In this document: piece by piece, positions 1 to 11,289 of the stretch
Numbering within the stretch: the first letter of the stretch is position 1
How the letters are laid out: every line of letters starts with the position of its first letter
Origin: Mobula hypostoma
Taxonomy: Eukaryota
DNA length: 64,000 bases
Assembly (NCBI RefSeq): GCF_963921235.1
Contig: NC_086097.1
Coordinates: 101,992,001-102,056,000 of the forward strand
Direction: 5' to 3'
Position numbers and translations under genes: made by a program
The notes under the pieces: generated by a model
Database searches by the model: none
What the model was told of the DNA's origin: nothing
Seen by the model: only the letters and a program-made list of their open reading frames with translations

Positions 1-860
1 TAATAACTTGTCCCAAGTTTTATATTGAAATCATTCCTGTTTAATCTTAACGTTTGATTTCTCCATTTCTTAATCTGAGTAAATTCAAAGTAAACTCTCT
101 TGCAAATGGAGTATCGATAAAATGCACTTGATTTTTTTCACGTTTTTTAACTTCTAATGTTTCCTTAAATATATGACACATTAATACAGGCTTTTTATTT
201 GTCTGCTTTGGTATTCTGTAGAATTGCTGGTAGTCTTTCATTGAAATCTCTGGCAAGCACAGAAGAAACATTGACCATTAATTTATTATTGTGTTTATGA
301 TCTGACAATGTTTGATCTAATGTTTCAGTGGCTGCTTTGGGAGCCATCGTGCATTCACCTTGATGATAAGTTTTTTATGATCTATTAGAACTTCTTCCAT
401 TGCAGTCCCTTGATCAATGTTACACTTAGAGTCTCCACACTTGACAAATTTAAACAGAGTTTAAATCCCAAATATGCAGTATTTCCCCTGAACAACAGCT
501 TTGAAGTAATGCCTTAAGATGCAACAATCACACCATTCATGTTTTGTCTTCGAACTTTAGCTGAAAGTGGATTAATAAGGAAATAATTTTCCATTCCATC
601 AGGAGCAACCAAAAATATCATTGGTTGATCATCGTAAACAGCCTCTATGATAATATCAAAGGTATTTCTTTGATACTTTGCCAAACCTGTTTTTTCATCT
701 CTCAGATAATTTGTCCAGCTGGTTTGAATTATTACTAGTTTCCCACAGAACAGTCATTTTCTTTTGTGGATTACTTCAATCAAAAGTACTTAGATGAGGT
801 CCACTTTAGTACGTTCTAAATAGATTTTTCAAAAATCATCAATTTTCAATGAGTAAAATT
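1..860 (-). mobile_element. Highly degraded Helitron Pif1-helicase relic
   Basis: Minus-strand translation gives VIVAS*GITSKLLFRGNTAYLGFKL (compare AVASSGIAATLLPGGRTAHS) and IIQGECTMAPKAATETLDQTL...VLARDF (compare IWDECTM...LDRTL...LAGDF). Boundaries are approximate. Confidence 0.7.
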
Positions 861-959
861 AAAATTTGCCTCCCTTTGGGCTATAGATAACCTTTTTAAG
901 GGAAAAAAGTGTGGTGCACATTTTTATGCAAAACTTACAAGCAGAGATTGCTTTATTAC

Positions 960-2065
960 TGAGCTATGACAGTACTGAGGAGGAGGTAGCTGGGTTACAA
1001 ACAAAGGCAACATGTAGTGACTGCTAGCAAGAAGAGGTTGATGATAGAACAAAATTGTCAACAGGATGAGTTGCAATGTAAGAGGCAGATAAAATCAAAA
1101 AGGGTGAAGAATACAGGACTGACGGTGTTGTACTTGTATACACGCAGTATATGGAACTTGTAGCGCAGTTACAGATTGGGAAGCATGACATTGTGGGCAT
1201 CAGTGATTCATGGCTGAAAGAAGATTATAGCTGGGAGCTTAACGTCCAAGGATGCACATGGAAATGGCAAATGGAATATAGTTTAGGGAAGTGTATGGTC
1301 ATACACTTTGGTAGAAGGAATAACGGTATAGACTATTTTTTTAAATGGGGAGAAAATTCAAAACTCAGAAGTGGAAAGGGATTTGGGAGTCCTTGTGCAG
1401 GAATCCTTAAAGGTTAACTTGCAGACTGAATCGGTGGTAAAGAGGTAAATGCCAGGACAGCATCCATTTCAAGAGGACTGGAACATAAGACCAAGGATGT
1501 GATGCTGAGGCTTTATAAGGTATTGGTCAGACTGCACTGGAGTATTGTGAAGAGTTTTGGTCTCCTTATCTGAGAAAAGATATGCTGGCATTGGCAAGTG
1601 TTCAGGGGAAGTTCTAGGACTGCTTCAGGAATAAAAGGGTTAACAAATGAGGAGCACTGGGCCAGTATTCACTGGAGTTTAAAAGAATGAGGAGGGATCT
1701 CATTGAAACCTTTTGAATATTGAAAAGCCTAGATAGAGTGGATGTGGAGAGCTTGCTTCCACAGTGAGTGAGTCTAGGACCAGAGGGTAAGCTTCTGAAT
1801 AGAGGGATGTCCATTTAGAATAGAGATGAGGAGGAATTTCTTTAGCCAGAGGGTAGTGAATCTGTAGGATTCATTGCCACAGACAGCTGTGGAGCCCAAG
1901 TCACTGAGTATATTTAAAGAGGAGTTTGATGGGTTCTTGATCAATCTGGGCATCAGAGAAGGCAGCAGAATGGAGTTGAGAGCTATAATAAATCAGACAG
2001 GATGGAATGGCAGAGCAGACTCGATGGGCTGAGTGGCCTAACTCTGCTCCTATGATAAATCATTT
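960..2065 (+). mobile_element. Internally deleted CR1 LINE (start of endonuclease joined to RT C-terminus and 3' UTR)
   Basis: HDIVGISDSWL is joined to KWQMEYSLGKCMVIHFG, followed by a CR1-type 3' end (GATGGGCTGAGTGGCCT). Confidence 0.8.
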
Positions 2066-2845
2066 TATGGTCTAGTGAAGTCCTTGAACTCAACGACTGT
2101 CTGGTCATAATCGGCCATTGTTGGGTTACCAACATATTCTGATTTTTACTTACGTCTATAGGTCAATTTAATTCACGTCAGAAAGTACACAAAATTACTT
2201 GATACAGTAACCACACTGCCACAGTATTGTAATGATGAAGGCCTATTAACACAATCATTTATTTATGATCTTTCTCATTACAATGGTACAGAATCAGAAT
2301 TTGATGGGTTTTAAGTATCAGTGGATGAAACATTGTTTGTAGAGTATTGTTGTACCAGGTATCAATAGAAGCAATGGCATTATCAGTGTCCAAACAGGTA
2401 TGATATGGCCTCTGGTGGTGAATTTGACATTCTGTGTTCCTAAGAGGCAATAAGTCCGAATACTTGCATTGTATTTGTATTTATTTATTTCTTACATCCA
2501 AGGCAGTAAAAATCTTTACGTTGCGACTCAATTGCAATGTACAAGCAATAAGGAAGGGAAATATGGGAGAATATTGCCCAAGCACTAAGATTGTATACGT
2601 AATTGTACATGTGTACAGTCAGATACAATGTACAGTCAAAGCAACACTCACAGCACGCTGGAGGAACTCAGCAGGTCAGGCAGCATCCGTGGAAACGCAG
2701 CTGGGTTGAGTGTCAAGCTAGCCACTCAGCCTCGTAAAAAATACAAGGGACAAGTTAGGAACGTTCATAACGTGACCCGGTTAATCCTGACACCACGTGC
2801 CAGATAAGAATGGCTGAATGTCTGGTACGACATGCTTAAAAAAAA

Positions 2846-3530
2846 CTGCCGCCGTTTGGTTCCAATATAAATTTTGAAGCAGTTGTTGGTCCCTTCGGTC
2901 AATGTTTAGTTTAGTAAGAATGTGAAATAATTTTTCATGTTGCACTTTGTCGAATGTTTTAGTGAAATCAATAAAACCTAAAAAGACATTATTTTGATAT
3001 TCAATTGCCCTTTCTGAAAGCATTCGTAGTATGAAAATTGCATTCCTAGTTCCTCTATCCTCAATAAACCCATATTGCAGTTTAGAAGTTTCTGATCTCA
3101 GCTTGTTTTTAATTTGACTCAGAACAATTCTCAACAAAATCTTTATTTTGTAACTCATAAGACTGGTTTTTCTATAATTTTCGCAGTCAATAGTTCAGGA
3201 ATTTCGGCAGAGTTATAAATACTGCTTTCAAGAGATCGTCAGGCAATACACCAGTCTCATATATACCATTAAACAGTTCAAAAAGAATATCTATGCCCAG
3301 ATCTTCTAGGGCTTTTATCATTTCCACTGAAATTTCATCAGGTCCAGTGGCTTTACCGTGTTTCATGCTTTCATTGCTTTAGTTATTTCTTCTCTGGTAA
3401 TAGTTGGGCCAGAATTAGGGTGTTTACTGTCTGGGAGTTCCCCTCTATTATCTTCAAACAGCTGCTCTATATACTGAATCCACCTCTCACATGCTTTATC
3501 TGGATCTGTTAGTAGGGATCCGTCGTTACT
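2846..3530 (-). mobile_element. RTE (BovB-like) LINE reverse transcriptase fragment
   Basis: ERWIQYIEQLF...GPTITREEITKAMK and QYGFIEDRGTRNAIFILRMLSERAIEYQNNVFLGFIDFTKTFDKV, with frameshifts. Confidence 0.85.
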
Positions 3531-3559
3531 GTTACTGGTTCGAATAGGCCCAAAACCCC

Positions 3560-3671
3560 TCTCCAGCCGACATCGGGCTTGCGGAGCCCTTGAAGGGACT
3601 TGGCCCCGCCCCCCATGAGCCGCGCATGCGCGGGGCATCGGTGTGCCTAGCAACGGCAGCGGAGCCGGAGG
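3560..3671 (+). promoter_or_regulatory. DNAL1 CpG-rich promoter with GC box, NRF1-like palindrome and RFX X-box-like site
   Basis: CCCCGCCCCC at 3604-3613, CGCGCATGCGCG at 3621-3632 and GTGTGCCTAGCAAC at 3641-3654, all just upstream of the ATG. Confidence 0.75.
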
Positions 3672-3674
3672 ATG
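3672..3674 (+). CDS. DNAL1: DNAL1 coding exon 1 (ATG only)
   Basis: GAGG-ATG is followed directly by the donor GTGAGT, in a GC-rich promoter region. It splices in frame to exon 2 across an 85-nt intron (3675-3759). Confidence 0.85.
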
Positions 3675-3759
3675 GTGAGTGACTGCGATTTCGCCCTCCG
3701 CGCCTGTTGTGTCCGCCGGCTCACTCTTCGGTAATGCCGTATGTACTCTTCTTTTCTAG

Positions 3760-3798
3760 GCGAAAGCGACGACCATTAAAGAGGCTCTGGCCAAATGG
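3760..3798 (+). CDS. DNAL1: DNAL1 exon 2 (AKATTIKEALAKW)
   Basis: Acceptor TCTTCTTTTCTAG and donor GTAAGA flank 39 nt encoding AKATTIKEALAKW, which matches the N-terminus of dynein axonemal light chain 1. Confidence 0.95.
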
Positions 3799-6399
3799 GT
3801 AAGAATAGACGGATTCCCGCTCCTCCCTCAAACACTCCCGGGTCAGCCTCTGACCCCGACCCCCACCCGTTACTGATCTTCCTTCCATCCGCATCCCCTC
3901 ACCGTGCCTGACCTCCGTACCCACCACCTCTCTCCTCTAGTCCCTGACCACCGCGCTCATCACTCTTGACCCGTCATCACCCCAACCCTGCCACCCTCTC
4001 TTCCCCACCCCCGTACAAATCACTCCTATCCCACCACTCTGCACACCCACTGCGCACATTAACCTGGCCCCACCACCTGAGGTCCTTGACCACCATCCCT
4101 GTCTCCCAATGTACACCTCCCACCCTTGTCCCCTACCGAATCTGAGTGCTGCACACAGACTGCCATCCCCCTAAACTCACCTCTCGCCCTACTGCTCTTC
4201 TTTTATCCCCAGAACTTTGTCCCCTCCCCGTGAACTCCCACACTTCCATTCATCATAATATCTGCTTCTGTGATCCTGTTCCTCACCCTGTGAGCTCCAA
4301 TACACCTCATCCCTCTCTCTGTCGAGCATCTAATTCCTATGCCTTTGGAGTCCAACAACTCATCTACCCCTCACCTGTTGACCCCTCAATCTGTCACTCA
4401 CCTGTTGACCCTAGTAACCTCTGTCCCTTGTCCCATGGAGCCCAAAACCTTATCCCCTTCCCTTTCTCTGCTCCAGCACCCCATCCCTCAACCCAACCAC
4501 CCCTACAATCCCTTGTTGACCCCTACACACCCTGCCCCTCAGCCCATGGACCCCAACAACTCCTGTCCCAAATCTCATCTGTCGCTGTGCCCTCTGCCTC
4601 TTATGCAGTCCACTCGAATGCCCCCATCCATTACCTAGTCAACCGCATTATCCTCTGTCCAATGCCCTCGCCCTGAGCTCTTTGATTGTTACATCTTTCC
4701 TCTCTCTTTTTGTTCTAGTCCCTAAATCTGTTGATGAATGAGGTTAGGTTGCTGGAATTGTTGCCACTATAAGATGTTGTGGATAGGCTTACAATGGGTA
4801 GTGCTTCTGTCTTCACCACGAAATTCTCACAGTGTCATGGGAGCAGCACAGTCTCAATGGACTAATCAATGTTCTGAAATGGTGTGAGTTGGAACAAATA
4901 ATCTTAAATGAAAGAGAAAATGGAATGCTACACATAATCATCTAAATACCTGTTCCTGCCTATTTTGTTTTAAAACATTGCTGCCCTCAAAAGTATTTAC
5001 AATTACATACAGATATACACTTTTAAGTAAAGTTCAGATCACTGAGTGCTTTTTCAAAAGCTAGCTGCTTTCGTCTGCCACTCTGATCCTCAGCTTTAAT
5101 CCCTCCCAAGTTAGGAAGCTGGACACATTTCCAGCCTGTTCATCCTCCAAAACCACTGTCCTTTTGTTGGGAAATGCATTAGGCTCAGATGCGTATTCCT
5201 GACTTGAGAAGATAATTCAATGAAACTTGTAGCCCAATGTGAAATGGTAGCTGTTGTCAAAAATTAAACTTGTTCACCAGTACTGTATCCTGAGTTTATA
5301 AATACAGATCCCATGCCCAGCTATACCAGGCACCATTTCTGTATTTGGATGACAGATTTGTGTACTATAAGCATTGCATACCCTCGTGACACCTGTGCCT
5401 ACTAATATTTTACCTACGTGATGGACCTGTGGTACCCAGTAAACCTGAGCATTCCTCCCTGTCTACTGGCTCTCTCTGTCCAAGGGCACATCACTGTTAA
5501 ATTTTACCAGAACTGGGATTGAGAAGAGCACGGTAGGAAATTAGCATTTTGGATGCTTTTGGATTCATTTTTATGTTTGCTGGCAGTCTTTGTTCAATTT
5601 TTACCTAAATTAAATGTTCCTTCAATCTTCTTTATTCCAAAGAAAATAACCCCAGTCTAAAAGGCCCCTTCAGGTAACCATGATTTTCTAGGGCTGGCAG
5701 GATCCTTGCAGATCTCCTCTGTATTCCAGTGCTGTCATATTTGTTTTGTGCTGTGGTGGTAAGAACTGTGTGCAGTACTCTGACTATAGCCTGTCTTCCT
5801 TTTATACAGTTATAACATAAACCTACTCCTGAATTCTGCCAATATCTCAAATGCCTTTTTTAATTACGTTATCTTCTGGTCCCGTACTTTCAAGAATTGA
5901 TGAGCATTAAAGATTAGCTTTATTTTCGCATGTTCATTGAAACGTATTGTGAAATGCATTGTTAGTGTCAAATGAATGATGATTTATTTTGTACTCTGTT
6001 GCCATCTTTACCACCCAAGCATATTACCTTGCATTTCTCTGGAATGGATTCCATCTGTCATTTTTTTTGTATCCTCTTAATCAAGCCAGTGATAACTTTC
6101 TAAGGTGTAAAACTTTCTTCAAAGTCAAGTTTATAGTCATATTCACAAGTACATGTATGCACACGTGCAACGAAAAACATTTGTGACATTAGATAAGCAG
6201 CATTCATAAGAAAAACACAAGTTAAACATGTACACAACTTTTTAAAATCTGTTTTTTTTCTTATAAAAGTTCATTTTGGTGCAAAGTAATCAGGCTGATC
6301 AAACTCTAGTTTGAGAACCAGATGATGAAAGAGAAGTAGCTATAGTCGAGTGTGGTGGTGTGGGACTTCAGGCTTCTAGAGACCAAATGCATATTTTAG

Positions 6400-7080
6400 A
6401 TTATGAGAACATTCAGTCCTCTTTTATTGTCATTTAGAAATGCATGCATGCATTAAGAAATGATACAATGTTTCTCCGGAGTGATATCACAGAAAACAGG
6501 ACAGACCAAAGACGAACACTGACAGAACCACATAATTATAACATACAGTTACAGCAGTGCAAAGCAATACCATAATTTGTTGAACAACAGACCATGGGCA
6601 CAGTAAAAAAAAAGTCTCAAAGTCCCGAGTCAATTGACTCCCAAGTCCCCGATAGCAGGCGGCAAAAGGGAGAAACTCCCTGCCGTAAACCTCTAGGCAC
6701 CGTCAACTTGCCAATACTTTGGAAACAGCCGACACTGAGACCACAGCCGACACTGAGTCCATCCGTCCGAAAACTTCGAGCCTCTGACCAGCCTCTCCGA
6801 TACAGCCTCCCGAGCGCCATCCTCTGCCGAGGGCCTTCGACCTCTCCCCAGCCGCTGAAACACGCAAAGCCGAGGATTTCAGGGCCTTCAGCTCCGGAGA
6901 TTCCGGTTACCACACAGTAGCAGCAGCAGCAAAGCGGGCATTCCAGAAGTTTTCCGGATGTCCCTCCGTGCTCTCACGTCTGTCTCCATCAAATCAGAAT
7001 TGTGCACGGTCTCCTGCTTGACAGATAACAGATATCATCACAGAAGTGGCCGCGCGCGCTGCCATCTTCTCCCCTCTCCC
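6400..7080 (-). mobile_element. Probable non-autonomous LINE-derived element
   Basis: The minus strand begins GGAGAAGATGGCAGCGCG (YY1-like 5' end) and ends GACAATAAAAGAGGACTG, like the Rex1-type tails elsewhere in the window. No RT coding sequence. Confidence 0.45.
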
Positions 7081-7485
7081 GGGAGATAAACGTCTTAATT
7101 TTTGCCGATATGTAAATACAAATCTTTTTCCAAGATCAAATACAGATATACTTCTAGGTAATAAGGGGTGTGGGTTGAACTCTGCAATCCCACTGCGTTT
7201 TTATTTCTTGTATTTATAATGATAGAGGAGGACATTCAGCTTATCAGATCAATGACAGCTCCCAGGGAGTAAGCCCATTTTCCCCTTCCTTGTTTCTATA
7301 TAACCCTGTATCTTATTCTTGTTCATAAATGTCCATCAGAGGTTTTGGTACAAGAGGTTTTGATGGGAGGAGGCTGAGTAGAGAAGGGGAACGGGTGAGG
7401 TCAGGTAAATCATTAAAACTTTTACTATTTAGAATGAGTTAGTTGAGATGTCAAGTTAGGTCAGTGGTGAGCTCATGCAGAATGT

Positions 7486-7699
7486 AAACACGAGGAATTC
7501 TGCAGATGCTGGAAATTCAAGCAACACACATCAAATTTGCTGGTGAACGCAGCAGGCCAGGCAGCATCTCTAGGAAGAGGTACAGTCGACGTTTCGGGTT
7601 GAGACCCTTCATCAGGACTGACAAAGGGTCTCGGCCCGAAACGTCGACTGTACCTCTTCCTAGAGATGCTGCCTGGCCTGTGTTCACCAGCAAATTTCC
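7486..7699. mobile_element. Palindromic Penelope-derived insert containing hammerhead ribozyme cores
   Basis: Inverted repeat of about 80 bp per arm, with TSD TGCAGAATGT at 7476-7485 and 7700-7709. Confidence 0.8.
7583..7620 (-). ncRNA. Minimal type I hammerhead ribozyme
   Basis: The minus strand reads CAGUC CUGAUGA AGGG-UCUCAA-CCC GAAA C GUC^ GACUG. This gives helix I CAGUC/GACUG, an intact core, helix II GGG/CCC and a palindromic ACGU helix III. Confidence 0.75.
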
Positions 7700-9754
7700 T
7701 GCAGAATGTGGGAGATTGGGGAAGCTTCCAGCATCCTGAGGACTACATCTGTGGGAGGTGCACCACTGACTGCATTAAGGAACTGCAACTGAATTTGGAC
7801 ATGGATCATTCAGGATGCTGAATATGTCATAGATGAATATGGTCACACTTGGGGTGCAGGTTGTAGATAACTGGGTGACCACCTGAAGAGGCAAGGGGAA
7901 GAGATAGACACTGTAGGATCCTCTCCCCAGTAGACATTTCCCTCAATAACAGGTATACTCATTTGGAAGCTGCTGGGGTGTGGTTGGGTAAATCATATTG
8001 ACAGGCCAACCATTGTGGAATTTGTGAATGATGTCCAAGGAAGCTTTCTTAACCAATATATCGAAGGAACTTCTAGAGAGTACAATCCTGGGACTCCTCC
8101 TGGTGAATGTGCTAGGACAAGTGGATGTGTATGTCGGCGAGCACCTTGGGTCCTGTGACCATAATTCTATTAGTTTTTAAATAGTTACGAAGAAAGATAT
8201 GGCCAGTTTACAGGCAAAGGTTTTGAACTGAGGCGGAGCAGATTTTGGCGCCTTAAGTGAATCTTACAGAGGTTGATTGAGCAAGTTTGTTTTCAGGGAA
8301 AGGGGTGCCTGCCAAGTGGGCAGACTCTGAGAGTGTGATTTCAAGAGTTGAGGGCCTGCAAGTTCCTGTAAGTGTGAATGGCAAAGCTGATAGGTTTCGG
8401 GAACCCTGATTATTGAGAGAGATTGAGACTCTGGGTAAGAATAAGCGGAAGGCATTCACTACGCATAAGCAATTGGGATCTAGTGAATCCCTTGGTGACT
8501 ACAAGAATTGTAGGAGTGCACTTCAGAGAAAAATTCAGAGGATATGAGATATATCTGGCAGGCAAGGTGAAGCCGTCTGAGTGGAACCAAAGGAAATAGT
8601 TGATATTTTTATTGAATATTTCTCTTCAGTATTTACTGTGGAGAAAACTGAAAGTTAGAGAAATGAGTGGTGTTGTCTTGGACTGTATAGAATTTAGCAG
8701 GGAGGAGGTACTGGAGGCCTGAAAGTGCATGGAAGTGGACAAATCTCTAGAGATGACCTAGTGCATTTTTGGACTTGGATTTGTGAGCAGGTGGAGTTCC
8801 AGAGGACTGGAGATTATAAAGGGTAGCAGAGTGAACAAGGAAGCAACAGGCCAGAGAGTCATGGCACCAATAGTGGGTAAATTTCTAATGACAGGGTGTG
8901 AGAGGGGACAGTCAGCATGGCTTTGTATGTGAGAAGTTGTGTCTATAAATCTTTTGGAATTCTTTAAAGGTGGAACCAGAGAGCAAGTAAAGGTAGGACA
9001 GTGGATATTGTCTGTAAGGACTTTAGAAAGTCTTTTGACAAGGTCCCTCATGGAAGTCTAATCTGGAAGGTTAGATTGTATGAGATCCAGGGAGGGATAG
9101 TGGATTTGATTCATAATTGGCTTAGTGGTAGGAAGCAAAGGGTGATGGTTGAGAGTTGTTTGTCAGACTGGAGGTCTGTATCTTGTGGTGTGATACAGGG
9201 TTTGGTGCTGGGACCTTTTGTTTCTAATTTATATAAATGATTTTGATGTGAGTGTACAAGGCATGGTTATTAAGGTGCAAATGACACTAAAGTAAGTAGA
9301 CAACATAGAAGGTTATGAAAAATTACAGCAGATTTCAGTCATCTGGGTATGAGATCTGATGATTGGCAAATAGCTTTCAATCCAGATAAATGTGAGGTAT
9401 TGCATTTTGAGAGAGTAGTCCAGGGTACGATTTATTCAGTGAATAGCAGGACTCTGAGGTATGTTATGGCACAGAAAGACTTCATCAGTTAGTGCACTGA
9501 TTATGGGAGTTGGGAAGTTATGTTGCAGTTTAATAAGATGTTGGTAAGGCCCTACATGGAGTATTATGGCCAATTTTATACAGTTTCTATAAATATGTTA
9601 TTGGAAGGATGTTATTAAATCAGAAAGAGTTTACTAGCTTGTTCCCTGAACTTAGAAGCTTGAGTTAAAAGGATAGATTGTGTAGACTGGAACTTTATTC
9701 CCTGGAACATAGGAGAGGTGCTATAAACAAGAGGGTATAGATTTAATGCCGAAT

Positions 9755-10006
9755 CCAGTTAGTTTATTTATTCCTGTTCACGAGCTGCATCGCCCAGCAA
9801 TCCACCTATTTAACCCTAGCCATATCACAGGACAATTTACAATTTACTGACCGGTACTTCCTTGAAATCTGGACGGAAACCAGAGCACCCGGAGGAAACG
9901 CATGCCTCATGGGAAGGACATACAACCTTCTTCCAGATGACATCAGAATTGAACTGTGAACTCTGCCCCGTGATGTACTAATGTTGCGCTAACTGCTACG
10001 CTACTA
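9755..10006 (-). mobile_element. tRNA-derived V-SINE (HE1-like)
   Basis: The minus strand has an A box (GTAGCGTAGCAGTTAGCG), a B-box-like GTTCAATTC, and the V-domain GTTTCCTCCGGGTGCTCTGGTTTCC. Confidence 0.75.
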
Positions 10007-10019
10007 TCTTTAAACCATG

Positions 10020-10850
10020 TTATTGGGTTCACTGATGACTCAACACTATCAGCAACAATGATGAAACACCGTACAGGGAGGAGGTAGAGCAACTAGTGGA
10101 CTGGTGTAAACACAACAGCTGAGTCTCAAAGTGGACAAGACTGAAAACATGATTGTGAACTTCATGAAGGTATTGGCTGACCACTCCCTCTTGCAGATCA
10201 GTGGCTTCTCTGTGGAGAGTTAGGTGTGCATATTACTGACAGCTCACTTGGTTCCTCAATACTACTACTTAAGCCAAGAGAGCACAGCAGCACTTCCACC
10301 TCCTGAGGATACTGAGGCAAGCAAAGCCCCATCCCCTCCATTCTCTCCACATTTTACCAGAGCACCATCAAGAGCATTCTTATCAGCTGCATTACTGCCT
10401 GGTATGCAAATTGCAATGCATCAGATTGCAAGACCCTGCAATGCACAGTGAGGACTGCTGAAAACATCATTGGGGTCTCTCTCTTCCTTTCCCCCACCAC
10501 CCCATTCAGGATATACTGTATATCAGAAGCGCTGCATATGCAGTGTCTCCAGCATTGTCAAAAACACTTTTCATCTTTCCCACAGTCTCCGAGACCTCCT
10601 GCCAGTAAGCAGAAGGTATCACAGCATAAGAACCAGAACTGCCAGGCTGGGTAACAGCTTCTTCCCCCAGGCTGGTAGATTTCTTAATACCCTGCTGCCT
10701 CCCAGCACACATGTACACCCCATCTGAACCCCCCCAACTCCCTCACTCCCCTACTCACACACGCACACTCATCCTGCACTTTTCATCTTTTATTGCTGAT
10801 TTTGATGTATTTATACTGCTTGTTTTATTATCATAAATAATATTTTAAAT
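10020..10850 (+). mobile_element. Rex1/Babar-type LINE 3' fragment
   Basis: YREEVEQLVDWC...KTENMIVNF and LLPVSRRYHSIRTRTARLGNSFFPQA. Confidence 0.75.
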
Positions 10851-10851
10851 T

Positions 10852-11135
10852 TGTGTAGCATATTGGTTAGCACAACACTTTACAGTACAGACAACCCGGG
10901 TTCAATTCACACTGCTGCCTCTAATTGGTTTGTATGTTCTCCCCATGACCACGTGAGTTTCCTCCGGATGGTCCGGTTTCCTCCCACAGTCCAAAGATGT
11001 ACCAGTTGATAGGTTAATTGGTCTTTGTAACTTGTCCCGTGATTAGGCTGGCATTAAATTGGGGGGATTGCTGGGCGGCGTGGTTCAAAGGGCTGAATGG
11101 GCCCACTCCGAGCTGAATCTCAATTAAAATAATAA
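10852..11135 (+). mobile_element. tRNA-derived V-SINE (HE1-like)
   Basis: A box TAGCATATTGG, B box GGTTCAATTC, V-domain GTTTCCTCCGGATGGTCCGGTTTCCTCCCACAGTCCAAAGA, and an (AAT)n tail. Confidence 0.8.
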
Positions 11136-11289
11136 TAGTGCCAGTAATATTACACTGTCTTACATCAACATGCACTTCGTCAACCTGTCAATCTTAATGC
11201 AATGCCACTCGGACTTGTGCTAATATTATTTTGTGACTGCATCTGCTGGATTGTAACTGTATGTGCTGTGTGTGACTATCTATACTATG

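Larger units (their letters stand above)
7380..9720 (+). mobile_element. Old degraded CR1 LINE; its 3' end probably resumes near 14610-14860
   Basis: ORF1 zinc-finger relic, EHLGSCDHNSI, and MDIVCKDFRKSFDKVPHGSLIWKV...VIQGLVLGP. Confidence 0.8.

Noticed and set aside
4146..4676. 176-aa and 99-aa Pro/Ser-rich ORFs
   Set aside because: They arise from C-rich low-complexity sequence in intron 2, with no recognisable domain or splice support.
10852..10925. tRNA gene
   Set aside because: The A and B boxes are the head of a V-SINE, and no complete cloverleaf is apparent.
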